NCBI GenBank assembly: GCA_020631905.1
Contig: JACKGQ010000001.1
Coordinates: 37,854 to 101,853, forward strand
Length of the DNA: 64,000 nucleotides
Direction: 5' to 3'
Origin: Candidatus Nomurabacteria bacterium
GTDB lineage: Bacteria > Patescibacteriota > Saccharimonadia > Saccharimonadales > VXPC01
Shown piece after piece: positions 37,207 to 46,308 of this stretch. The translations under genes were made by a program, and so were the position numbers. A model generated the notes under the pieces. That model was given only the letters and a program-made list of their open reading frames with translations, made no database searches and had not been told where the DNA came from. Position 1 is the first letter of the stretch; every line of letters begins with the position of its first letter.

Positions 37207-38657
37207 TTTGAGATAACTTCGAAGTGCCTAGCATCTTCGAGATGGCGTGGGTTAGTGATATCGAACTTGGCTTTATCGCCTTCGTCGATGATACCCGGCC
37301 TTGCACGCTCGGCCTCCCAGACGAGGATATTACCTTCTAGATAAGCGATATCTTTTAGATATGCTCCACCTTTACCATCGGTGCCCTTTAAAGTTCGCTT
37401 TAGCAGGCTAACTGTTCTATCGTGCGCCTTTTTACGGGCAGCTGCAATAACCGCTTCTAGGCCTTCAGCCTCTAATGTTTCGGGCTTAACTTTTTTGATC
37501 TCTTGCAAGTAGTCTATGGCGTTAATAATTCGATACACCTCAGCAAATGATCGTTCCGTTGCTGCTTCGTTGCCATAACCTAAGCCAAGTGATATTGATA
37601 AGTGTCTGCGTAATATGTCATCCCAGCGTTTGCTTTTAGTAAACTCTTCTGGCGTTTCATAAGGCAGCTGCTCCATAACTACTGCGCGTCCTTCGTTGCC
37701 TAAAGCATAACGATCAGTTCCAATGCCATATAGCATTACTTTTTGTCTCAAACCATTACTTCGTTCGAGGCCGTGAGTCAGCTCGTGGACCGGTAGCCCA
37801 GTAAATCTATTGATTGGCATATTAATTTTCTTGGGCCTTTGGAGTCCTGGATTTTCTGGGTCATGAGTCATCGACCACGAAGCGGCACTTGCATCTAGGA
37901 TGTTATAGTTGGTCAGGCCGATGTTGTCTAAACCTACGCGCAAGATTGGATCGCCGACATCATTCGTAATCGGTCCTCGTGATGGTATATCAGCTCCCTC
38001 AAACATTAATGCAAATCTACCTGTTCCTTCGGCGAAGTGACGATCTCGGACGTCCAAGAATGTTTCTAGATCGGGCATTAATATGCTTGCGTCGGTACCC
38101 GAGGATGGTAATAAATCCAATACTGTACGAGCCGCTTCGGCAACATATGCGCGCTCGTCGTCTATAAGTCCGCCGGCGAGATCTGAATAATGGCTAGTTG
38201 TTGCTTCGAATATATCCTGACGCGGTCTTCCGTATACAAAGTAGTTATATAGTTCGAAAGCGCGAGCTGATTGACCTTTAGTCTTTTTGAGAGCCCCGGG
38301 CGTGGCTGCGAGTGCCATTCGAATATTGGCAACTAGTTCGTTGATTCGCAAAACATACATAGCCGACACCCTTTGATCTGGGTGTGTTTTAGCATCTTCC
38401 TTTAGGCTTAGTAGCTTGGACTCTAAAGCCTTGAGTTCCTCAATATCTTCAGGTAATAGTCTTGGTCGTAGATCGGGGTTGTGGTTACCGCCAGATTCTT
38501 CGAACTTTGCCAGTTCTTTTTCGAACTGCAATTTATTTGGTGTAAGTTTGGTGTAGACCTCGTCGGCAATAGATGCAATCGGCTCCAAATTAGCAAAAAG
38601 TTGCTCATCTAGCTTTTCGGGTTTATCTAGTACCAATAACATATTTGTATTATGCAT
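37203..38657 (-). CDS. putative zinc metallopeptidase, large DUF1704/MATCAP-like paralog (HExxH)
   Basis: GLPVHELTHGLERSNG, then LGNEGRAVVMEQLP, parallel to the motifs of the 360-aa protein. Stop overlaps the convergent 427-aa gene. Confidence 0.5.
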   Translation of the reverse strand: MHNTNMLLVLDKPEKLDEQLFANLEPIASIADEVYTKLTPNKLQFEKELAKFEESGGNHNPDLRPRLLPEDIEELKALESKLLSLKEDAKTHPDQRVSAMYVLRINELVANIRMALAATPGALKKTKGQSARAFELYNYFVYGRPRQDIFEATTSHYSDLAGGLIDDERAYVAEAARTVLDLLPSSGTDASILMPDLETFLDVRDRHFAEGTGRFALMFEGADIPSRGPITNDVGDPILRVGLDNIGLTNYNILDASAASWSMTHDPENPGLQRPKKINMPINRFTGLPVHELTHGLERSNGLRQKVMLYGIGTDRYALGNEGRAVVMEQLPYETPEEFTKSKRWDDILRRHLSISLGLGYGNEAATERSFAEVYRIINAIDYLQEIKKVKPETLEAEGLEAVIAAARKKAHDRTVSLLKRTLKGTDGKGGAYLKDIAYLEGNILVWEAERARPGIIDEGDKAKFDITNPRHLEDARHFEVISN

Positions 38658-38669
38658 GATATAAAGTAT

Positions 38670-38698
38670 ATTATACTACACTTTTATTCTTAAGTCAA
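38670..38698 (-). promoter_or_regulatory. near-consensus promoter (TTGACT-17-TATAAT), 12 nt from ATG of the 484-aa peptidase gene
   Basis: Minus strand: TTGACT (38698..38693), 17-nt spacer, TATAAT (38675..38670), ATG at 38657. No Shine-Dalgarno. Confidence 0.5.
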
Positions 38699-38831
38699 TG
38701 ATAGGACAAATCTAATTTACACGTTTGTAAGCGAGGTAGAGTATTAGAGCCAAGATGGCTAATAACATAACAATGAGTGTAATAAAGCCGGAATTATTCT
38801 GCTTAAGCGATTTCACTTGCTAGAGTGTACT

Positions 38832-39914
38832 CTATAGCCAACGTTTTTTGCTACCAGAAAATTCTTCGAGCAAGTCTTTCTGTTTCTTGCTAAGTTTGGT
38901 TGGAGTCTCGACCACTACTGTTACAATATGCGGACCGCGACTTTCGCTACGGATATGTGGCACGCCGTGGCCAGAAAGCTTAAAGTCGGTGCCACTTTGA
39001 GTGCCTGCCGGAACTTTCATTTTGATTGGTCCATCGACTGTTTCAACCTCTATTTCTGTACCCAGTGCGGCTTCGACCATACCAATCTTCTCTTCGCTTA
39101 AGATTAAGTCCCCTTCTCGCGTAAAACGTTTGTGAGGTTTAACTCGAACATTCACAAACAGATCGCCTGCCGCACCTTTACTGGTTGCTTCGCCGTGTTC
39201 ACGTAAACGAATGATTGCACCATCATCGATGCCAGCAGGAACCTTTAGGATGACTTCTTTTTCTTTGCGCTGCGTACCTTTACCACCACAGACCGAACAA
39301 TTTTGCTCAGGAATTTCACCCTCGCCATGACATTTACTGCAAACGGTCGCTTGCTGCATATTGCCAAAAACCGTTCGCATTACGCGTATTTCTTGACCGC
39401 TACCATTGCAAGTATCACATTTCTTGAGTTCATGGCCAGGCTCGGCGCGTTTGCCTTTACAGTGTTCACAAACACCTTCAAGATTCAGTGAGATTTTCTT
39501 TTCGGTTCCAAAAACAGCCTCTTCAAAGCTGAGCTCAATCGCGACCTCAACATCTCGACCTCTTTCGGGCTGAGCACTACGCGCTCCACCCATACCACCA
39601 CCAAAGAAGCTACCAAAGATATCGCCCAAACCTCCCTCACCAAAGTCAAAGTGGAATTCTTGCCCACCAAAACCATTAAAGCCACCCCCAGCAGCTCCGC
39701 CGCCAACACCGGCATGACCAAACTGATCGTAGCGTTGTTTTTTGTCGGGGTTGCTTAAGACCTCGTTGGCCTCGTTGATCTCCCGAAACTTTTCTTCGTC
39801 GCCACCTTGATCGGGGTGATATTTAACTGCAAGTCGACGGTATGCCTTCTTAATTTCATCGGCCGAGGCACTCTTGTCGATACCTAATACTTCGTAATAA
39901 TCTCGTTTAGACAT
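38832..39914 (-). CDS. dnaJ: chaperone DnaJ
   Basis: J domain (DYYEVLG...KYHPD), Gly-rich linker, four CxxCxGxG zinc motifs. Start moved to MSKRDYY. Confidence 0.96.
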   Translation of the reverse strand: MSKRDYYEVLGIDKSASADEIKKAYRRLAVKYHPDQGGDEEKFREINEANEVLSNPDKKQRYDQFGHAGVGGGAAGGGFNGFGGQEFHFDFGEGGLGDIFGSFFGGGMGGARSAQPERGRDVEVAIELSFEEAVFGTEKKISLNLEGVCEHCKGKRAEPGHELKKCDTCNGSGQEIRVMRTVFGNMQQATVCSKCHGEGEIPEQNCSVCGGKGTQRKEKEVILKVPAGIDDGAIIRLREHGEATSKGAAGDLFVNVRVKPHKRFTREGDLILSEEKIGMVEAALGTEIEVETVDGPIKMKVPAGTQSGTDFKLSGHGVPHIRSESRGPHIVTVVVETPTKLSKKQKDLLEEFSGSKKRWL

Positions 39915-39925
39915 ATATTTCAATT

Positions 39926-39952
39926 TTAGCACTTAACGGCCTTGAGTGCTAG
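39926..39952. promoter_or_regulatory. CIRCE-like HrcA operator upstream of dnaJ
   Basis: TTAGCACTT-N9-GAGTGCTAG versus consensus TTAGCACTC-N9-GAGTGCTAA (2 mismatches). Confidence 0.7.
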
Positions 39953-39975
39953 CATTTTTGAGTTATCATAATTGG

Positions 39976-40563
39976 ATGAAACGAGTTAATCGCAACATTA
40001 AATTCTTTCTGGCTTCTGACGTTTTCTTTTACTCAAGTTACGACCTTATCAGTGTTTTCTTGACTGTTCTAATTACCACAAGCATAACTAATGGTAGCCT
40101 AGATGCAGTTGGCATAGTCCTGGGTTATGCTCTAATTCTTAGAGCATTTTCGGAGTTGGCATTTTCTAAAATGCTGCAAAATCTATCGAGCAAAAACAAG
40201 ATTCGTTTCATAAGTCTTGGAAACGTCCTGTATGGAGTTACATTAATATGTATGGGTTTTGCTTCTTCGCTGTTCACCATATATATCTTTCAAACTATTT
40301 TAGCGCTAATTGATGCTTCGACTTATCCGTTGAAATGGGCATTGTTTTCTAAAATCTTAGATAAAGGCAACGAGGAATTCGAATGGAGTCTAGAAGACAT
40401 TGGGGCAACCACCGCCGCGGCAATATTTGCAGTAATCGGAGGTTTTGTATCCCAAATTTATGGCCTAAGCGTTACATTTAGTATGATCGGTGCGACCTTC
40501 GTAATTTGTGGTTTTATATTCCACTTTATAAAAATCAGAGAGCACAAGCGAAGTCTAAAATAG
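39976..40563 (+). CDS. six-helix membrane protein, half-size MFS-like
   Basis: Six hydrophobic helices in about 195 aa. Start moved to MKRVNRN. Weak MFS-like appearance only. Confidence 0.4.
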   Translation: MKRVNRNIKFFLASDVFFYSSYDLISVFLTVLITTSITNGSLDAVGIVLGYALILRAFSELAFSKMLQNLSSKNKIRFISLGNVLYGVTLICMGFASSLFTIYIFQTILALIDASTYPLKWALFSKILDKGNEEFEWSLEDIGATTAAAIFAVIGGFVSQIYGLSVTFSMIGATFVICGFIFHFIKIREHKRSLK

Positions 40564-41298
40564 ACTGTTCCAATAGTAGTCAAATCGGAAATAAATAAGC
40601 AAAATAACCACTGCGTACATACTTATAAGCAGAGTCAGGTGATACTTTTCAAAGAGTGAGGCTATCTGCTTTGGAAGTTTAATATGCTTCTGTAGATGAG
40701 CGTAAAGAGTCAGGTACACAAAAGTTGGAATCACCACCGTCCAGGTCATCATGCAGTAGATACATAGAGCATTCAACTCGTAGAGTGCTTGGCTGATAAA
40801 CCAGACAACCGACAACAACCCAAGTACCCCGGCAGCCCACATTACCTGCCAGAACCACTTCTTATATTTTGCGCCAGCTAGAGCACCAAAAGCCACGCTC
40901 AAGAGTGCTCCAAACGCAGCCGTGCCGAGCAGTGGGTTTGGTGGTCCAAGCACCTGGCCCTGATCCGAGCCAATCGAAGATGTGCACGAAACGATAGGGC
41001 TAACGCTGCAGCTGGCAATATGGTTGGTGTCTTTAAGTGTCTTGATCTCTTCGACAGTAAGGTTAATCGAAGCCACCAGCCCAAATGCTGCAACAAGGAT
41101 TAAAAAATACGGGAGTAGTAAGTTTAACTTCTCTTTTAGACTGCTCGCGTTGCTACTAATGCCACGCCAAAGCCATAACTCTAGTAACAGAGTTAATAGA
41201 GCACCGATTAAGACTGCCCAGATGTGTTCGCTCACAAAAAAGACTGCGTACACAACATAAGCGAGTGGCAAGCTAGCCGAAATGGATTGTTTGTTCAT
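40555..41298 (-). CDS. vitamin K epoxide reductase (VKOR) family protein
   Basis: Loop cysteines CSVSPIVSC and active-site CIYC in a TM helix. Four or five TM helices. Confidence 0.75.
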   Translation of the reverse strand: MNKQSISASLPLAYVVYAVFFVSEHIWAVLIGALLTLLLELWLWRGISSNASSLKEKLNLLLPYFLILVAAFGLVASINLTVEEIKTLKDTNHIASCSVSPIVSCTSSIGSDQGQVLGPPNPLLGTAAFGALLSVAFGALAGAKYKKWFWQVMWAAGVLGLLSVVWFISQALYELNALCIYCMMTWTVVIPTFVYLTLYAHLQKHIKLPKQIASLFEKYHLTLLISMYAVVILLIYFRFDYYWNSLF

Positions 41299-41367
41299 CT
41301 AGCAAATATTCTACACTGCCAGTCTATGCCTAGGCTAGTAATGTAACTAAAATGTTGCCAGCCTTAT

Positions 41368-41393
41368 GGAAATTTAATTTAAATTAAATTTCG
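41368..41393. repeat. 26-bp AT-rich palindrome, copy 1 (25/26)
   Basis: GGAAATTTAATTTAAATTAAATTTCg. A perfect copy lies at 57884..57909. Confidence 0.9.
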
Positions 41394-41418
41394 AGTAGAA
41401 AGCTGAGCCAACAGTTAT

Positions 41419-41790
41419 TTAGTTTTCAACAATCTCACCATCTATGGCTTTGTCATATTTAGATCCAGATTTTTGGCGGTTTTTGTAGGCTTTTTTAATT
41501 TGTGAACGGACGAGTCGACCAGTAAGAGAAATCCCTACTATCAAGGCTAGAACCCCGACCAACCAGATAGATATATATGTAATCGGGAAAGATTCTTGCC
41601 ACCAGTAAATAAACGGAAATAACGTCGCCAGCGGCGGTAAAAGTAGTGCCGCGATTATGCCCAGCAAGCCCCACCACTTGAGGAACCAATAAATCATGAA
41701 CAGCCACATGGTTATGCCACTGAGCACGAATGTTAAGTAGCCAAGCAGCGCCGGGGCACTAAGTCCTATCGCTTTTGTACTATTCTTCAT
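41419..41790 (-). CDS. hypothetical membrane protein (123 aa)
   Basis: Three or four TM helices with a basic C-terminal tail. 4-nt overlap with the GNAT gene. Confidence 0.5.
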   Translation of the reverse strand: MKNSTKAIGLSAPALLGYLTFVLSGITMWLFMIYWFLKWWGLLGIIAALLLPPLATLFPFIYWWQESFPITYISIWLVGVLALIVGISLTGRLVRSQIKKAYKNRQKSGSKYDKAIDGEIVEN

Positions 41791-42323
41791 TTAATCCTCC
41801 TGTCGTACTTATAGTACTGCATACCTTCGAAATCTACCTCTCCTTCTGGCTCAAAGCCAGCCTTCATTAATGATTTAACACTAGCTTGATTATCTGGCTC
41901 AACCCCAGCTTCGAAAACAACAACGTTGGCAAGTTCTGGCATGTCCAACAGATTTCTTAGCATCTTAGCAGCCAACCCCTTGCCTCTTTGGGCAGGATCA
42001 ACCATAAAGGTTATGCCGGCAGTGAGAACATCTTCGGCAGACAACACACCTTGCTCGCCACTTGCATCGATACCCCAGACCACATATTTATCGCTAATGC
42101 CTGCATCGATAAAGCCAACTGCCTTCTCGTCCTCCGTAACAATATACGGATGATACGAAATTCGCTTGGCACCCCTAAACTCCGTGCCAACTGGTTCGCT
42201 TAGTAATCTTTCAACATTATCTAGCCAGGTTTTATCACCTAGCCATTTTCTTGTTTGGCTATCTGAGTACCAATTACTAATTTTAGCCAAGTCTTCTGAT
42301 TGATACGGCCTGAGTTCTATCAT
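41787..42323 (-). CDS. GNAT family N-acetyltransferase
   Basis: Acetyl-CoA motif A: VDPAQRGKGLAAKMLRNLL. Confidence 0.8.
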   Translation of the reverse strand: MIELRPYQSEDLAKISNWYSDSQTRKWLGDKTWLDNVERLLSEPVGTEFRGAKRISYHPYIVTEDEKAVGFIDAGISDKYVVWGIDASGEQGVLSAEDVLTAGITFMVDPAQRGKGLAAKMLRNLLDMPELANVVVFEAGVEPDNQASVKSLMKAGFEPEGEVDFEGMQYYKYDRRIK

Positions 42324-42368
42324 ATTTGAGGGTTAAAAAAGCTCGGGTTTTGTGCCGAGCAATTTTAA

Positions 42369-44330
42369 TTATTCTTCGACGACTTCGCCTTCGACGGCAT
42401 CGTCGCCTTTCTTTTGCTTCTCGCGCTTGGTTTTAGCGTTGTCTTTTTTGTCGCCTTCATCAGACTTAGACTCTCCACCTTCGGCAGAAGCTGCCTCTTC
42501 GGCTTGCTTAGCTTCGTACAGCTTGGCACCGATTGGCATAATCTTATCGTTTAGCTCTTTGGCGGCTGCCTCGAGTTTGTCTTTGTCGGCTTCTGACTCT
42601 TCAAGCGCCTTCTTAGCCTCGGCAACAGCCTCGTCGAGAGCTTTGATGTCGGCTTCTTCGAGCTTGTCTTTACCCTCTTCTTTAAACTTCTCGGCCTGGT
42701 AAATAGCACTGTCGAGTTGGTTGCGTGACTCAATGCTTTCGCGCTTTTTCTTATCTTCTTCGGCGTGAGCTTCGGCCTCTTTTTGAGCCTTTTCGATATC
42801 TTCTTTGCTCATATTGCCAGAGTCACTGATGGTGATGCTTTGCTCTTTGCCTGTGCCTTTGTCTTTGGCGCTCACATTTAGAATACCGTTAGCGTCGATC
42901 TTAAAGGTAACTTCGATTTGCGGGATACCGCGTGGAGCTGGCGCAATGCCAGTTAGCTGGAATGTGCCAAGCTTTTTGTTGTCGGCAGCCATCTCGCGCT
43001 CACCTTGGAGCACCACGATCTCGACACCGGGCTGGTTGTCGGCAGCGGTACTGAAAGTTTCGCTCTTACTGGTCGGAATGGTTGTGTTGCGGTCTATCAG
43101 ATTGGTTTTAACGCCTCCCAGCGTTTCGATTCCGAGACTAAGTGGGGTAACGTCTAGAAGTAGCACGTCCTTAACCTCGCCTGCCAAAACTCCACCCTGG
43201 ATAGCTGCGCCTAAAGCGACAACTTCGTCTGGGTTTACACCTTTCATTGGCTCTTTACCAAAAATCTCTTCGACCTTCTTCACCACAGCCGGCATGCGGG
43301 TCATACCACCAACTAGCACGACAGCATCGATGTCGCTCTTGCTAATTTTGGCGTCTTTCATAGCCTTTTCGCAAGGCTCAGCTGTCTTGGCGATCAGATC
43401 ACCAACCATGTCTTCGAGCTTGGCTCGAGTTAGCTGGTATTCAAAGTGAACCGGACCATCTTCGTTGGCCGTTAAGAACGGCATGTTGATACTAACTTCT
43501 TGGCTAGTGCTTAGTTCGATCTTGGCTTTTTCGGCCTCGTCGCGCATGCGCTGCATAGCGGCTTTGTCTTTGGTTAGGTCGATACCGTTTTCTTTTTTGA
43601 ACTCATCTAGCAAGTGGTTAACGATTACGCGATCGAAGTCAGCGCCACCGAGGTGAGTATCGCCATTGGTACTCTTAACTTCGAATACACCGTCGCCGAG
43701 CTCCAGAATAGAGACGTCGAAAGTACCACCACCTAGGTCGTAAACAGCAATTTTTTCATCTTTCTTGCCCTCTTTGTCTAGACCATAAGCTAAGGCAGCG
43801 GCCGTCGGCTCGTTGATAATTCTTTTTACTTCTAGGCCAGCAATCTTACCGGCGTCTTTGGTAGCCTGACGTTGGCTGTCGTCGAAATATGCAGGTACAG
43901 TAATGACTGCTTCGGTGACAGGCTCGCCTAAGTAGGCTTCGGCATCGGCCTTGAGCTTACCTAAGATCATCGCGCTAACTTCTTCTGGGCTGTATTCGCT
44001 ATCGCCCATCTTAACTTTTACGGCACTGCCACTTTTAACGATTTCGTAAGGCATTAGATCGATATCTTTTTGAACCTCTTTGTCGTCAAACTTACGTCCG
44101 ATGAGTCGTTTAACCTCGAAAACTGTATTACTTGGATTAGTAACTGCTTGACGGCGCGCGATTGCGCCAACGATTCGTTCTTCTTTGCCGTCTTTGTTCT
44201 TTTTTACGGCAACTACACTTGGGGTTGTGCGACTACCTTCGCTATTGGCAATTACATCAGCTTTACCAGATTGCATGACTGCCATTGCAGAGTTAGTCGT
44301 TCCAAGATCGATTCCAATGATTTTTCCCAT
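42369..44330 (-). CDS. dnaK: chaperone DnaK (Hsp70)
   Basis: [17 protein letters not shown], full-length Hsp70 with an acidic C-terminal tail. Start moved to [10 protein letters not shown]. Confidence 0.98.
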   Translation of the reverse strand: MGKIIGIDLGTTNSAMAVMQSGKADVIANSEGSRTTPSVVAVKKNKDGKEERIVGAIARRQAVTNPSNTVFEVKRLIGRKFDDKEVQKDIDLMPYEIVKSGSAVKVKMGDSEYSPEEVSAMILGKLKADAEAYLGEPVTEAVITVPAYFDDSQRQATKDAGKIAGLEVKRIINEPTAAALAYGLDKEGKKDEKIAVYDLGGGTFDVSILELGDGVFEVKSTNGDTHLGGADFDRVIVNHLLDEFKKENGIDLTKDKAAMQRMRDEAEKAKIELSTSQEVSINMPFLTANEDGPVHFEYQLTRAKLEDMVGDLIAKTAEPCEKAMKDAKISKSDIDAVVLVGGMTRMPAVVKKVEEIFGKEPMKGVNPDEVVALGAAIQGGVLAGEVKDVLLLDVTPLSLGIETLGGVKTNLIDRNTTIPTSKSETFSTAADNQPGVEIVVLQGEREMAADNKKLGTFQLTGIAPAPRGIPQIEVTFKIDANGILNVSAKDKGTGKEQSITISDSGNMSKEDIEKAQKEAEAHAEEDKKKRESIESRNQLDSAIYQAEKFKEEGKDKLEEADIKALDEAVAEAKKALEESEADKDKLEAAAKELNDKIMPIGAKLYEAKQAEEAASAEGGESKSDEGDKKDNAKTKREKQKKGDDAVEGEVVEE

Positions 44331-44361
44331 TTTAAGATAACCCTTTCTTAAAGATTCATAA

Positions 44362-44388
44362 TTTAGCACTCTAAATGGTACTGTGCTA
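44362..44388. promoter_or_regulatory. CIRCE-like operator, proximal copy upstream of dnaK
   Basis: TTAGCACTC-N9-CTGTGCTAA (left arm perfect, right arm 2 mismatches). Confidence 0.6.
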
Positions 44389-44410
44389 AAAATATTGTAG
44401 CATACATAAA

Positions 44411-44437
44411 TTAGCAGTCAACACAGGCGAGTGCTAA
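44411..44437. promoter_or_regulatory. CIRCE operator, distal copy upstream of dnaK
   Basis: TTAGCAGTC-N9-GAGTGCTAA (1 mismatch). Confidence 0.75.
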
Positions 44438-44782
44438 TTATAATCCACTGTCAAAATGGGAATAATCAGGAATTATAGGTACAGGGTTGCGATTTTCAGG
44501 ACAACTACCGATTTGGTCGTCAAAATAATATAGGCTGGGGCTAGGATCTAGACTGCCCGATACAGTGCAGCCTTCGGTTTGAGTTTTCGACACCTCAAGT
44601 GGTGTCATATAGCCTTTACCGGCAATAGCAAGTGCGACAGTGAGCCGACCGCACTTATGTCTGCAGGCTGGCCTAATTCTCTCGGACCTAAAGCCCGATT
44701 CCCTAGGTTGACGCAGATCTAGTCGTATACTTTGCCAAAAAGGGCATTCTGCGCAGACTTTTTGAGCTGCTAGATATTCCAT
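44438..44782 (-). CDS. hypothetical Cys-containing protein (114 aa)
   Basis: ORF with CAEC near the N-terminus and five further Cys. The stop abuts the CIRCE element. No family recognised. Confidence 0.35.
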   Translation of the reverse strand: MEYLAAQKVCAECPFWQSIRLDLRQPRESGFRSERIRPACRHKCGRLTVALAIAGKGYMTPLEVSKTQTEGCTVSGSLDPSPSLYYFDDQIGSCPENRNPVPIIPDYSHFDSGL

Positions 44783-44805
44783 CTGGTTATTTTAATATGT
44801 TTTAG

Positions 44806-45003
44806 CTATTTAAACAATCTAATGATGTGGCGAACATAAAAGGGTAAGCTATATAGAATCACGATATAAAGAAATAGCTGGAGACCACTTTGCCATAAGT
44901 AGATGTCGTTGAATATCCATGTACCCGTTAGTGCATAGAAGCTAGTCCATAGAAATATGCAGAAAAGAGTTAAATGTGAATACCTGGATTGGAGTATTTT
45001 CAT
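44806..45003 (-). CDS. small membrane protein (65 aa)
   Basis: Two hydrophobic helices. Confidence 0.35.
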   Translation of the reverse strand: MKILQSRYSHLTLFCIFLWTSFYALTGTWIFNDIYLWQSGLQLFLYIVILYSLPFYVRHIIRLFK

Positions 45004-45008
45004 CTGTC

Positions 45009-45572
45009 TTACAACTCTACCTGGTTTGAGACAATCGTGCTACCTAAAAATCTTGAAGTATGACCAGCAGTCTGTAGCTGCGCGAGATCAGATATTATGG
45101 CTAGCTCGGTGTAGCGTAAGTCGGTGCGACCAGCAACAACCGCATTGAAGTTGTTGTGAATCCGCTCGAATTCATCGCAAACACAGGTAGTGGGTGAATT
45201 ACCCTTCCAAACCTTAATTGCCTCAACAAAGTGTCTTTCAAATAATGTGCGTGCGCAATCGGCTGGCATAGTTTCTGATACAGCACCCGTAAAGTGCAGA
45301 CAGGCAGAAAGTAGGCGTAGCTTAACACGGAAATCGTATAAGGCCACAAGCTCGATCATATCTGGTGATTCCGCAACCAGAGTGAAAAATATATCTTCTA
45401 GCTTTTCGGCAATCTTACCATCGCTAACTTCAACTCCACGCAACAGACCTTCGTACATACTGACACCTAGAATATGCATGCTTTGAATTGTGTCCTGGTA
45501 TCTTGTCCAGAATTCAGTATGTTGTGTTGGAAATAACTCTTCGCGAGCAAAATTTGGAACAACTTCGGCCAT
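45009..45572 (-). CDS. hypothetical protein (187 aa)
   Basis: ORF starting 2 nt after the grpE stop. No motif recognised. Confidence 0.5.
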   Translation of the reverse strand: MAEVVPNFAREELFPTQHTEFWTRYQDTIQSMHILGVSMYEGLLRGVEVSDGKIAEKLEDIFFTLVAESPDMIELVALYDFRVKLRLLSACLHFTGAVSETMPADCARTLFERHFVEAIKVWKGNSPTTCVCDEFERIHNNFNAVVAGRTDLRYTELAIISDLAQLQTAGHTSRFLGSTIVSNQVEL

Positions 45573-45574
45573 GG

Positions 45575-46066
45575 CTAGCGAGTTACTTTTACCATCGCCA
45601 CCCGAATTACTCTGCCATTTAGCCGGTAGCCACGTTGCAACTCTTCACTAACAACTTCATGGCCGTTACCGCCTTCTTCGACGGCTACTGCTTCCATTAA
45701 CTCTGGGTCAAAATCTTTGCCAACGGTTTCGATTACCTCTAGACCAAACTCAGTCATTAAACTTTCTAGTTGCTTATCGAGTGCTTTGACACCTTGAGCC
45801 CACTTATTGTCGTCGAGCTCAGCTGGCATGTGAGCGAATGCCCGATGCAAATTATCAATTAATGGCACCAATTGACCAACAGCGATTTCCTTACCGGTGG
45901 CTAGAGCTGCAATCCGATCGCTTTCGGCCCGTTTGCGAATGTTTTCGGCATCGGCTCGCTCGCGCTGAAGGGCTTCGGTTAGGTCGGCTAACTGTTGCTG
46001 CAACATCTCGTTATTACTAACATTTTGATTTTTGGTTTTATGTTGGTTATTTTCTCTTCTTGCCAC
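45575..46066 (-). CDS. grpE: nucleotide exchange factor GrpE
   Basis: Coiled-coil N-terminus plus C-terminal GYRLNGRVIRVAMVKV, typical of GrpE. Confidence 0.92.
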   Translation of the reverse strand: MARRENNQHKTKNQNVSNNEMLQQQLADLTEALQRERADAENIRKRAESDRIAALATGKEIAVGQLVPLIDNLHRAFAHMPAELDDNKWAQGVKALDKQLESLMTEFGLEVIETVGKDFDPELMEAVAVEEGGNGHEVVSEELQRGYRLNGRVIRVAMVKVTR

Positions 46067-46308
46067 TATTTTACCCTCGTAAACATTTCATTTAGACCGT
46101 CTATACACTCTTGGAGTGCTTCTGTGCCAAGAACTTCTCTAGAGACTACCCTAAGCTGGTCATATTGTAAGCCTCGATCATTTCCTGGCATCAAATCTGC
46201 AGCACTTCCTAACATTGCTAGCCTAAACGCGTGATCAGCAAGATCAGGATCGCCTACAATCCCATAGGCACGCTTTAGGACGCGTCTGGCTTCGGTAGTG
46301 CTAGACAT
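46066..46308 (-). CDS. hypothetical protein (about 80 aa) between hrcA and grpE
   Basis: ORF with its stop overlapping the grpE start. Start chosen at MSSTTEARR. Confidence 0.4.
   Translation of the reverse strand: MSSTTEARRVLKRAYGIVGDPDLADHAFRLAMLGSAADLMPGNDRGLQYDQLRVVSREVLGTEALQECIDGLNEMFTRVK

Noticed and set aside
38712-38816. 34-aa GTG-initiated ORF (KSLKQNNSGFITLIVMLLAILALILYLAYKRVN) just downstream of dnaJ
   Set aside because: It looks like a TM peptide, and SGFITLIV superficially recalls a prepilin motif. However, there is no Glu+5, no Shine-Dalgarno, and the start is non-ATG. This is too weak to call, though it could be revisited with comparative data.
42352-43656. Long plus-strand ORFs (116, 214 and 63 aa) antisense to dnaK, and similar antisense ORFs in rny, recA, ftsH, lepA and the P-type ATPase
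   Set aside because: They have Ser/Leu/Pro-rich low-complexity translations typical of the antisense frame of highly biased genes. No start context or motifs, and each is fully contained in a strongly supported CDS.
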